Counted from the stretch's first letter, positions 1-5,729 are shown. The stretch is DNA of 7,166 bases from Candidatus Iainarchaeum sp. (GCA_038736825.1 JAVYME010000044.1:1-7166); one strand, 5' to 3'. Program-made: numbers and translations. The notes: generated by a model from the sequence alone, not told the origin.

Positions 1-727
1 GTTGATAGCGTTCATCCTTTGGATTGAACACCACCATTCCGCAAGTGCAAATAAGTTCAGGCCTTGTAGTGCCAATCACTATTTCTTCTCCTGTCTCTTT
101 CACTTTAAATTTCACTTCGTTGAATTTTGAAGGCTTCATTTCATACTCTATTTCTGAATCCGCTATTGTTGTGCCACAGCCGGGGCAATAATTGTTTATT
201 CGCGAGTCCTCGTAAATAAGCCCCGCATTCCATAATTCAATGAAAGTGCTTTGGGTCATTGCCCTGTACTCGTTTGAATCAGTCAAATACAGGGCGCCAA
301 TTTCCTTTCCTTCCTTAAAAGAATTGAATCCAATGCCGAGTTTTTGGAAAGTGTCAATTGATTCCCCGCTTGTTTCCTCCAAAATCTGGCGGCATTTTTC
401 AAGGAATTCCTCGCGCGGGGTTTTGTGCACAGAAATGCCGAATTTTTTTTCAGCAGCCATTTCAATGGGCAAGCCATTCCTGTCCAATCCCAAGGGAAAG
501 AGCACATTAAACCCTTTCATTTTTTTATAGCGCGCAAACATGTCCATTAAAACATAAGTGGTTGCTTGCCCGATATGCACTGGAGTGTTAACATAGGGTG
601 GTGGAGTGTCAATGGAAAACAATCTCTTTTTTTTGTCTTCCTTGAAGGCATTTCTGTTGCTGGAAAGCCATTCTTTGAGAATGTCCTCCTCAAAGCCCTT
701 GTCCCACCTTGTCTCGGAAATAACCAT
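1..727 (-). CDS. valS: Valyl-tRNA synthetase, N-terminal ~242 codons (3' end of the gene lies beyond the left window edge)
   Basis: Hand translation of the minus strand from ATG at 727 gives MVISETRWDKGFEEDILKEW...FSIDTPPPYVNTPVHIGQATTYVLMDMFARYKKMKGFNVLFPLGLDRNGLPIEMAAEKKFGI...NNYCPGCGTTIADSEIEY...VIGTTRPELICTCGMVVFNPKDERYQ, open to position 1. It shows the class Ia Rossmann-fold signature (PPPY..HIG.), the CP1 zinc-knuckle-like CPGCG, and the ValRS-typical TTRPE...NP.DERY block. An in-frame stop at 742-740 fixes the start at 727. The ORF track misses it because it is edge-truncated. Confidence 0.85.
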   Translation of the reverse strand, partial: MVISETRWDKGFEEDILKEWLSSNRNAFKEDKKKRLFSIDTPPPYVNTPVHIGQATTYVLMDMFARYKKMKGFNVLFPLGLDRNGLPIEMAAEKKFGISVHKTPREEFLEKCRQILEETSGESIDTFQKLGIGFNSFKEGKEIGALYLTDSNEYRAMTQSTFIELWNAGLIYEDSRINNYCPGCGTTIADSEIEYEMKPSKFNEVKFKVKETGEEIVIGTTRPELICTCGMVVFNPKDERYQ

Positions 728-762
728 AATGCCACCAAACTAAAATTTCACCCACAAAAGCG

Positions 763-769
763 TTTAAAA
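763..769 (-). promoter_or_regulatory. Candidate TATA box for valS (TTTTAAA on the minus strand), about 39 nt upstream of the ATG
   Basis: An A/T-only heptamer sits in the 224-bp divergent intergenic region. A GGTGG Shine-Dalgarno-like element (minus strand, plus-strand 732-736) lies 4 nt before the ATG. Identified by eye only. Confidence 0.25.
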
Positions 770-876
770 GGGTTGATTTTTTTGTTTTTTTTGAATTCTC
801 TTCCTTATAAAAAACCGAATTACACTCAAATGAAAAAAAGCCAAACATAGCATTTAAAAATTTTATTTTGGTTTCT

Positions 877-887
877 CTTTATAGAAA
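877..887 (+). promoter_or_regulatory. Candidate TATA box for the thermosome gene (CTTTATAGAAA). An alternative is TTTAAAAATTTTA at 853-865.
   Basis: The TATA-like element is centred near 881, which would put a TSS near 907-908 and give a ~45-nt leader carrying a strong SD. Identified by eye only. Confidence 0.3.
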
Positions 888-937
888 GCGAAAAAAACCT
901 GTTTTTTGCAGTTAAAACTGCTTAAATCATGTTTTAA

Positions 938-946
938 GGGGAGGTG
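938..946 (+). promoter_or_regulatory. Shine-Dalgarno site GGGGAGGTG for the thermosome gene
   Basis: GGAGGTG (940-946) is a perfect match to the complement of the conserved archaeal 16S rRNA 3' end. It lies 5 nt upstream of ATG 952. Confidence 0.7.
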
Positions 947-951
947 TTAGA

Positions 952-2604
952 ATGGTTGAACAATCTGCCCAAAGACCAGTTATTTTTTTGACTGAGGGCT
1001 CAAAGAGAACGCGCGGAAAAGACGCGCAAAGCATAAACATTTTGATTGCCAAAGCGGTTGCAGACGCTGTAAAGACAACGCTTGGCCCAAAAGGAATGGA
1101 CAAAATGATAGTGGACGAATTGGGTGACGTAACAATCAGCAATGACGGTGCAACAATATTAAGCGAAATGGACATAGACCATCCAGCTGGAAAAATGATG
1201 GTGGAAGTTGCAAAAACACAAGATGATGAAGTTGGCGATGGAACAACAACCGCAGTAGTCATTGCAGGCGGTCTTCTTGAAAACGCGGAAAAACTCTTAA
1301 ACGACGGAATCCATCCAAGCATAATCATAAAGGGTTACAGGATGGCTGCAAAAAAAGCCCAAGAAATAGTGGCCAGCATTGCAGACCCTGTTTCCTTTGA
1401 GCAAACAGACTTGCTTAAGCAAATCGCGAAAACCAGCATGACTGGCAAGAGTGCTGAGGCAGAGGAAGAACTCGCAAGCCTTGTAGTGGAGGCAGTAAAA
1501 CAGGTTGCTGAAACCAACGGCAAAGAGGTAACCGTGGACAAAGACATGATAAAAATAGAGAAAAAAGAGGGAGCCTCGCTTTCCAAGTCTGCACTCATAA
1601 AGGGCATTGTGGTTGACAAGGAAATAGTGCACCCGGGAATGCCAAAGAAAATCTCAAACGCAAAAATTGCCTTGGTTGACTCTGCAATGGAAATAAAGGA
1701 AACCGAAACCGATGCTGAAATCAGCATTTCTGACCCCAACCAGTTGCAAGCATTTTTGGACAAAGAGGAAAGCATGCTGAAAGACATGGTTTTGGCAATA
1801 AAGAATGCAGGAGCAAATGTTGTCTTTTGCCAGAAAGGCATAGACGACTTGGCACAACACTTCCTTGCAAAAGAAGGCATTGCGGCAATTCGCAGGGTAA
1901 AACAGTCTGACATGGAAAAACTCGCAAAAGCCACTGGTGCCAGGATTGTGACAAGATTGAAGGACATCAGCAAGGAAGACATTGGCTTTGCAGGCAATGT
2001 CTATGAGAAAAAAATCTCTGGCGATGCAATGGTTTTCGTGGAAGACTGCAAGAACCCAAAGTCTGTCACCATTCTTGTGCGCGGAGGCTCAGAACACGTA
2101 ATAGACGAAGCTGAAAGGGCATTAAATGACGCTCTTGGCACAGTGACAGCCGCAATCAGGGACAAAAAAATAGTTACAGGCGGTGGCAGCAGCGAAATGG
2201 AAATGGCTGTCCAGCTCAAAAACTATGCTGGCACAATTGGTGGCAGAGAACAACTTGCAATAGAAGCCTTTGCAGACACACTGGAAGTTATTCCAAGAGC
2301 CCTTGCTGAAACCGCAGGCATGGACCCCATAGACACAATAGTCGAGTTAAGGGCAAAACATAAAACAAAGGACGGCAAATACATTGGCGTGGATGTATAT
2401 GCAGCAAAGCTTGGCGACATGAAAAAGGCAAGGGTTTTGGAGCCATTGTCGATAAAAACCCAAGCAATAATTTCAGGCTCAGAGGTTGCAGAAATGATTT
2501 TGCGCATTGACGACATTGTAGCAGGCTCTGGAAAATCCAAGAATGCGGGCGCTGGCGGCATGCCTCCAGGTGGCGGCATGGGCGGCGGAATGGACATGGA
2601 CTAA
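952..2604 (+). CDS. ths: Thermosome subunit (group II chaperonin, CCT/TCP-1 family), 550 aa
   Basis: The ORF is full length. Diagnostic motifs are [19 protein letters not shown], the ATP-binding [17 protein letters not shown], and the VTGGG..E block. The Gly/Met-rich C-terminal tail [18 protein letters not shown] is typical of chaperonins. Confidence 0.97.
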   Translation: MVEQSAQRPVIFLTEGSKRTRGKDAQSINILIAKAVADAVKTTLGPKGMDKMIVDELGDVTISNDGATILSEMDIDHPAGKMMVEVAKTQDDEVGDGTTTAVVIAGGLLENAEKLLNDGIHPSIIIKGYRMAAKKAQEIVASIADPVSFEQTDLLKQIAKTSMTGKSAEAEEELASLVVEAVKQVAETNGKEVTVDKDMIKIEKKEGASLSKSALIKGIVVDKEIVHPGMPKKISNAKIALVDSAMEIKETETDAEISISDPNQLQAFLDKEESMLKDMVLAIKNAGANVVFCQKGIDDLAQHFLAKEGIAAIRRVKQSDMEKLAKATGARIVTRLKDISKEDIGFAGNVYEKKISGDAMVFVEDCKNPKSVTILVRGGSEHVIDEAERALNDALGTVTAAIRDKKIVTGGGSSEMEMAVQLKNYAGTIGGREQLAIEAFADTLEVIPRALAETAGMDPIDTIVELRAKHKTKDGKYIGVDVYAAKLGDMKKARVLEPLSIKTQAIISGSEVAEMILRIDDIVAGSGKSKNAGAGGMPPGGGMGGGMDMD

Positions 2605-2616
2605 ACAGTCCATGCC

Positions 2617-2640
2617 TTTTTTTTTATTTTTTCCTTTTTT
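2617..2640 (+). terminator. Oligo-T transcription terminator for the thermosome gene (T9-A-T6-CC-T6), continuing as a pyrimidine tract to ~2665
   Basis: T runs start 13 nt after the thermosome stop codon. Archaeal RNAP terminates at oligo-T tracts. The tract overlaps the 3' end of the convergent CDS. Confidence 0.45.
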
Positions 2641-3328
2641 CCCCTTTCTTTTCTTTTTCTTTCAATCTTTTTTGCACCGCTTCTCCCTCGAGTTCGCGGA
2701 GCGCATCAAATGCAATCCATTTCGCGCTTTTTGAATCAATTTCTTGGATTTGTTTTGCAACAGCAATCGCTTTTTTGTTAAGCTCAATGTTTTTTTTCCC
2801 TATTTGCCTTAAAGCCCAATTGACTGCTTTTTTCACATAATTGCGTTCATCAATTGAATGCTTTTTTATTAGTGGAAAAAACTTTTCCAGTTCTCCTTCT
2901 TTGTCAGCGCATTTCCATGCAATGCATGCAATTAGAGCAAAAGACGCACGCCTTACAAACTCTTTCTCGCTTTCAGCCCATTCAAAAACCTTTTTTTGCG
3001 CGAAAGGCAGAACACACAACAAATTCATGCAACACTGGTCGCAGACATCCCAAGAATCGAAACCCTTGGCCCATTCTTCCATTTGCTTTTCAGACACCAG
3101 GGCAGGGTCTTCAACCATTGATGCAAGAATGCGCGCTTCATGAAATCCTGAAGCCCACAATTTTTTTGCCAGTTCATGGTTTTTTCCTGCCTTTTTTGCA
3201 ATAGCGCGCAGTTTTGGCACAGAAACCCCTAAAGTGTTTTTGGAATTTATTCCAAAGCGAGCCATGCCCTCCACATTTTTGGGGTTTGAACTCTCTTTGA
3301 GTTCCTTCAAAACATCTTCAAATCGCAT
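2624..3328 (-). CDS. DNA alkylation repair protein, AlkD-like HEAT-repeat family (~234 aa)
   Basis: MRFEDVLKELKESSNPKNVEGMARFGINSKNTLGVSVPKLRAIAKK...FDSWDVCDQCC...EFVRRASFALI...NYVKKAVNWALRQIGKKN matches the conserved blocks of the DNA_alkylation (AlkD/AlkC-like) family. I prefer ATG 3328 over the track's TTG start at 3448. The extension would overlap the divergent kinase gene and encodes atypical sequence (MQLYPCRFSQ...). Confidence 0.8.
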   Translation of the reverse strand: MRFEDVLKELKESSNPKNVEGMARFGINSKNTLGVSVPKLRAIAKKAGKNHELAKKLWASGFHEARILASMVEDPALVSEKQMEEWAKGFDSWDVCDQCCMNLLCVLPFAQKKVFEWAESEKEFVRRASFALIACIAWKCADKEGELEKFFPLIKKHSIDERNYVKKAVNWALRQIGKKNIELNKKAIAVAKQIQEIDSKSAKWIAFDALRELEGEAVQKRLKEKEKKGEKRKK

Positions 3329-3356
3329 TCTCCCAAAAAAACAGGCAGGGAAAGTG

Positions 3357-3363
3357 TTAAATA
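3357..3363. promoter_or_regulatory. TATA-like element TTAAATA / TATTTAA near the centre of the 65-bp divergent intergenic region
   Basis: It is the only A/T-only heptamer in 3329-3393. Its centre (3360) is 32 nt from ATG 3328 on the minus strand and 34 nt from ATG 3394 on the plus strand. Confidence 0.3.
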
Positions 3364-3393
3364 GGGGCTTTGCCTTACTTTTCTTGGTCTGAA

Positions 3394-3951
3394 ATGATTG
3401 TGGTGGCAGTTGTAGGGCTTGCGAGAAGCGGCAAGGATACAATTGCAAAAATATTTGAAAAACAGCATGGCTTTGAACACTTTGACTTTTATGAAAACGT
3501 TATTGCGCCAATAATGAAAGCCCAGGGAAAAAAACCAAGCAAAAAAACAGCAGCAAGTTTTGGCAATGAAATGCGCTCAAAATTTGGAATGCAGGTTTTT
3601 GCAGACAAAATGGTGGAACAAATCAAGGGCAAGCCCAAGGTTGTAGTGACAGGTGCAAGGTCGCTGGCAGAAATACAAACACTGGAAAAGGCAGCCTCAC
3701 AATTCTTCATAGTAAAAGTCGAGGCTCCAAGTGAAATGCGCTTTCAAAGGCGCTCTGATTTGGATCCAAAAGAGGAAAAAGAATTCTTTGAACGCGACGA
3801 AAACGACCTTGAAAACAAGGGTTTCAGGGAAGTGCTAAGACTGCCAGGGTTCACAATAGAAAACACTGGCACAATTGAAGAACTTGAAGAAAAAGTCAAA
3901 GCGATTGCTGAAAAGATTGCAGGGCATTCCTTGGGTCATGCAAAGCCTTAA
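3394..3951 (+). CDS. P-loop nucleotide kinase-like protein, archaeal UPF0200 / dephospho-CoA-kinase-like family (~185 aa)
   Basis: It has the Walker A motif VVGLARSGKDT directly after the start. The C-terminal block RFQRRSDLDPKEEKEFFERDENDLENKGFREV...IENTGTIEELEEKVKAIAEKI resembles UPF0200-type small archaeal kinases (R.R....D....F..RD..E...G). ATG 3394 (MIVVAVVG...) is preferred over the track's TTG at 3370. Confidence 0.6.
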   Translation: MIVVAVVGLARSGKDTIAKIFEKQHGFEHFDFYENVIAPIMKAQGKKPSKKTAASFGNEMRSKFGMQVFADKMVEQIKGKPKVVVTGARSLAEIQTLEKAASQFFIVKVEAPSEMRFQRRSDLDPKEEKEFFERDENDLENKGFREVLRLPGFTIENTGTIEELEEKVKAIAEKIAGHSLGHAKP

Positions 3952-4663
3952 ATATAATGAATGCCTTTTTTTTATTGAGGTGATTGAATTGGTTGAAGTG
4001 GGGCAAGGTTTTAGTGAGACTTTGAGGCTGGCTTTTGAAAAGCTGGGTGAATCCTTTGCCTTTAATTTTGTCAACCTTGTGGGAATACTTATTTTGCTTG
4101 CAATCGGCTATGTTATTGGAGTGATTTTGAAAAAGATAGTTGTGCGGGTTGTGGAAAGCTTTAGGTTTGATGAATGGCTGGAAGAGCAAAACCTTTCCTC
4201 TGCGATAGGCGGCAAAACCATTGCTTCAGTTATTGGTTCTATTGTGAAATGGTCGATTATAGCGCTTTTTTTGGCTCAAGGGGTTGAATTGTTCAAGCTC
4301 ACAGTTTTTCAATCCACTCTTGAAAGGCTTGTCTTGGTTTTCATTCCAAGCCTTATAGTTGCCTTTGTGATAGCAATCGCTGGCTTGATAATTGGCAGGT
4401 ATGCAAGGAATATTGTGGAGGCAAGCCTTACAAGGTTCAAAAAAATTGTCGGCTTTGCTGTTGAACTGATGATAATATATATGGCGGCTGTGATTGCCTT
4501 GCAACAGCTTGGCTTGCAAACCCAAATTCTTTTGGATGCCTTCAGGATAGGGTTTGGCGGCTTTATGCTGACAATTGCTATTGCTGTTGGGGTTTCCTTT
4601 GGCTTGGCTGGAGTGGAGGATGCAAAAAAGCTCATAAAGGAAATCCAGAAAAACAAGCCTTAA
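3938..4663 (+). CDS. Integral membrane protein with duplicated 'conserved TM helix' type repeats (MscS-N-terminal-like), ~241 aa
   Basis: It has several long hydrophobic segments. There are two similar units, FNFVNLVGILILLAIGYVIGVILKKIVVRVVESF and VFIPSLIVAFVIAIAGLIIGRYARNIVEASLTRF. Each is followed by a second helix ending ..AL.L.QG.EL / ..AL.QLGLQT. The first ATG in frame is 3938 (14-nt overlap with the upstream stop). The track start at 3875 is a TTG well inside the kinase gene. GTG 3980 and GTG 3998 are alternative starts. Confidence 0.6.
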   Translation: MQSLKYNECLFFIEVIELVEVGQGFSETLRLAFEKLGESFAFNFVNLVGILILLAIGYVIGVILKKIVVRVVESFRFDEWLEEQNLSSAIGGKTIASVIGSIVKWSIIALFLAQGVELFKLTVFQSTLERLVLVFIPSLIVAFVIAIAGLIIGRYARNIVEASLTRFKKIVGFAVELMIIYMAAVIALQQLGLQTQILLDAFRIGFGGFMLTIAIAVGVSFGLAGVEDAKKLIKEIQKNKP

Positions 4664-4668
4664 ACGGC

Positions 4669-4713
4669 TTTCTTTTTTTTTCTTTTTTTGGACTTTTATT
4701 TGATTGCTTTAAC
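4669..4713 (+). terminator. Oligo-T terminator cluster (T9-C-T7 at 4673-4689, T8 at 4706-4713) after the membrane-protein gene
   Basis: The T runs begin 6 nt after the TAA stop at 4661-4663. Confidence 0.45.
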
Positions 4714-4758
4714 GCTTTTTTTTGGATTTTGAATTGTTCAATTGTGGTTTCCTTATGC

Positions 4759-4770
4759 TTTAAATATTTA
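4759..4770 (+). promoter_or_regulatory. Candidate TATA box for ssb (TTTAAATATTTA, containing the perfect palindrome TAAATATTTA)
   Basis: The A/T-only dodecamer lies 44-55 nt upstream of ATG 4814. It is followed by the SD-like AGGGGGA (4801-4807) 6 nt before the ATG. Confidence 0.35.
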
Positions 4771-4813
4771 TTCTGGTTATTTTTTAATGCTCTAATTGCA
4801 AGGGGGAAGTTTT

Positions 4814-5218
4814 ATGAAAGTTGAATCTTTGAGACCTTACCAGAAAAAGGTAAATGTTACCGTGAAAGTCCTTAAAATAAACGATGCAAGGGAGGTAACA
4901 AGCAAGCTGGATGATTCCAAGCACACAGTGACTGAAGCACTGGTTGGCGATGACACTGCAACAGTTCTTTTGACTTTATGGGATGATGACATTGGCAAGG
5001 TGGAGGCAGGCAAAACCTATGACATAATCAACGGTTTTACCTCGCTTTTCAAAAAATCCTTGCGCCTCAATGTCGGCAGGTATGGCGAAATAAAGGAATC
5101 GGCAAGTGAAATAGTTGAAGTGAACGAGGAAAAAGGGCTTTCGGAAGATGAAACAAGAGAAGAATCAGTGGTTGAAGAAACCGATTCCGGTGATGAAGGC
5201 TCTGAGGAAGAATTCTGA
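4814..5218 (+). CDS. ssb: Single-stranded DNA-binding protein, single OB fold, Sulfolobus-SSB type with acidic C-terminal tail (134 aa)
   Basis: MKVESLRPYQKKVNVTVKVLKINDAREVTSK...TEALVGDDTATVLLTLWDDDIGKVEAGKTYDIINGFTSLFKKSLRLNVG parallels the crenarchaeal SSB core (..VNVTVRVLE..E.R......R.ISEAIVGDETGRVKLTLW.....IKEG..V.I.NA.T..FKG..QLN.G). A Glu/Asp-rich tail follows. ATG 4814 with a G-rich RBS is preferred over the track's TTG at 4796. Confidence 0.85.
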   Translation: MKVESLRPYQKKVNVTVKVLKINDAREVTSKLDDSKHTVTEALVGDDTATVLLTLWDDDIGKVEAGKTYDIINGFTSLFKKSLRLNVGRYGEIKESASEIVEVNEEKGLSEDETREESVVEETDSGDEGSEEEF

Positions 5219-5294
5219 AAAGCCAGCCTTTTACAATTTTTTGAAAACCATTAAAAAAGTAAGCGAGCCTATTTTATTAGCTGGCATTACAAGA

Positions 5295-5367
5295 GGGCGC
5301 GTAGCTCAGTCGGCAGAGCATTGGTCTTATACACCAACGGTCAGCGGTTCAAGTCCGCTCGCGCCCA
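5295..5367 (+). tRNA. tRNA-Ile, anticodon UAU (reads AUA), 73 nt, no intron, CCA not encoded
   Basis: The cloverleaf was folded by hand. Acceptor GGGCGCG (5295-5301) pairs with CGCGCCC (5360-5366), 7/7 Watson-Crick. D stem is GCTC/GAGC with an AGTCGGCA loop. Anticodon stem is TTGGT/ACCAA with loop C-T-TAT-A-C (anticodon 5328-5330). The variable loop is CGGTC. T stem is AGCGG/CCGCT with loop TTCAAGT. The discriminator is A5367. Confidence 0.93.
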
Positions 5368-5700
5368 CTATTTTCCCTTTTTTCCTTTTTTGATTTCTTC
5401 CATGGCTTTTTCAAAATCCAGTCCAAGTTTTTGCGCTGCCTCAATCAAGACATGGTTTTCAACCAAACGCCTTGAAAAATTCCTTATTGCAAGGTATGGA
5501 TCAATTTGCGGGTTTGTTTTGACAAATTCCACTATGTGATGAGCTCTTGCCATCTGGTGACAGTTGTTCAGCCTTTCACCCATATACCTTTTAACAGCCA
5601 TGGTTGCAAGCCCTTCAATGCCTTTGGAAACATGCTCTTTAGGCTGTCTTTGCAATTGCCTTGCATTCCATTTCTTTGGATTCATTTTATGGCTTGGCAT
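5368..5700 (-). CDS. Hypothetical small basic protein (110 aa), family not recognised
   Basis: It is the only ORF with plausible composition in the 405-bp gap between the tRNA and ileS. The plus-strand alternatives are F/L/C-rich antisense artefacts. Sequence: MPSHKMNPKKWNARQLQRQPKEHVSKGIEGLATMAVKRYMGERLNNCHQMARAHHIVEFVKTNPQIDPYLAIRNFSRRLVENHVLIEAAQKLGLDFEKAMEEIKKGKKGK, which looks predominantly helical. A TATA-like box about 26 nt upstream of ATG 5700 suggests a leaderless mRNA. Confidence 0.55.
   Translation of the reverse strand: MPSHKMNPKKWNARQLQRQPKEHVSKGIEGLATMAVKRYMGERLNNCHQMARAHHIVEFVKTNPQIDPYLAIRNFSRRLVENHVLIEAAQKLGLDFEKAMEEIKKGKKGK
5371..5391 (+). terminator. Oligo-T terminator for the tRNA gene (T4-CCC-T6-CC-T6)
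   Basis: It starts 4 nt after the tRNA 3' end and lies inside the 3' end of the convergent minus-strand ORF. Confidence 0.5.
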
Positions 5701-5722
5701 TTTAAAAGGATTAAAACAAGCC

Positions 5723-5729
5723 TTTAAAA
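5723..5729 (-). promoter_or_regulatory. Candidate TATA box (TTTTAAA on the minus strand) for the 110-aa ORF
   Basis: Its centre is ~26 nt upstream of the A of ATG 5700, the canonical archaeal TATA-to-TSS spacing for a leaderless transcript. A separate T6AGAA element at 5744-5753 lies ~24 nt upstream of ileS ATG 5773. Confidence 0.3.

Noticed and set aside
240-850. Track ORFs 240..530(+), 283..507(-), 547..738(-) and 566..850(+)
   Set aside because: All overlap the hand-translated valS frame (1..727, minus) on the antisense strand or out of frame. Their composition is F/L/S/W/C-rich and they show no motifs. The real gene was absent from the track only because it runs off the window edge.
927-2597. 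Long antisense or out-of-frame ORFs inside the thermosome gene (927..1328, 1335..1997, 1297..1632, 1654..1860, 1721..1954, 2001..2219, 2223..2597, all minus)
   Set aside because: They are shadow ORFs of a strongly purine-biased, unmistakable thermosome CDS. Their translations are S/F/A/C-rich low-complexity sequence with no recognisable domains.
2530-2601. Gly/Met-rich repeat [18 protein letters not shown] at the thermosome C-terminus
   Set aside because: This is the normal GGM-type flexible tail of chaperonins, not a DNA-level repeat or an anomaly.
3329-3448. N-terminal extension of the AlkD-like ORF from TTG 3448, and the kinase ORF from TTG 3370
   Set aside because: The extensions would make the divergent genes overlap by ~80 nt. 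They encode atypical peptides (MQLYPCRFSQALQLPP... and MPYFSWSE). The downstream ATGs give N-termini that begin right at the conserved domain, for example MIVVAVVGLARSGKDT with Walker A.
3875-3937. TTG 3875 start of the membrane-protein ORF (MKNLKKKSKRLLKRLQGIPWV...)
   Set aside because: It lies 77 nt inside the kinase CDS. The Lys-rich peptide is simply the alternative-frame reading of the kinase's EELEEKVKAIAEKI region. The first ATG (3938) is preferred.
4729-4741. Short inverted repeat TTGAA-TTG-TTCAA upstream of ssb
   Set aside because: The arms are only 5 bp in very AT-rich intergenic DNA, so this is expected by chance. It is not positioned convincingly relative to the TATA candidate.
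5148-5539. Plus-strand ORFs 5148..5393 and 5321..5539 spanning the tRNA
   Set aside because: They read straight through a canonical tRNA gene and its oligo-T terminator, giving FPFF-type low-complexity translations. They are artefacts.
5295-5700. tRNA gene as an integration site for a mobile element, with the adjacent small ORF as an integrase or excisionase remnant
   Set aside because: I found no duplicated copy of the tRNA 3' half (att-like direct repeat) in the window. There are no integrase or recombinase motifs in the 110-aa ORF. The flanking genes (ssb, ileS) are core housekeeping genes with the same composition.
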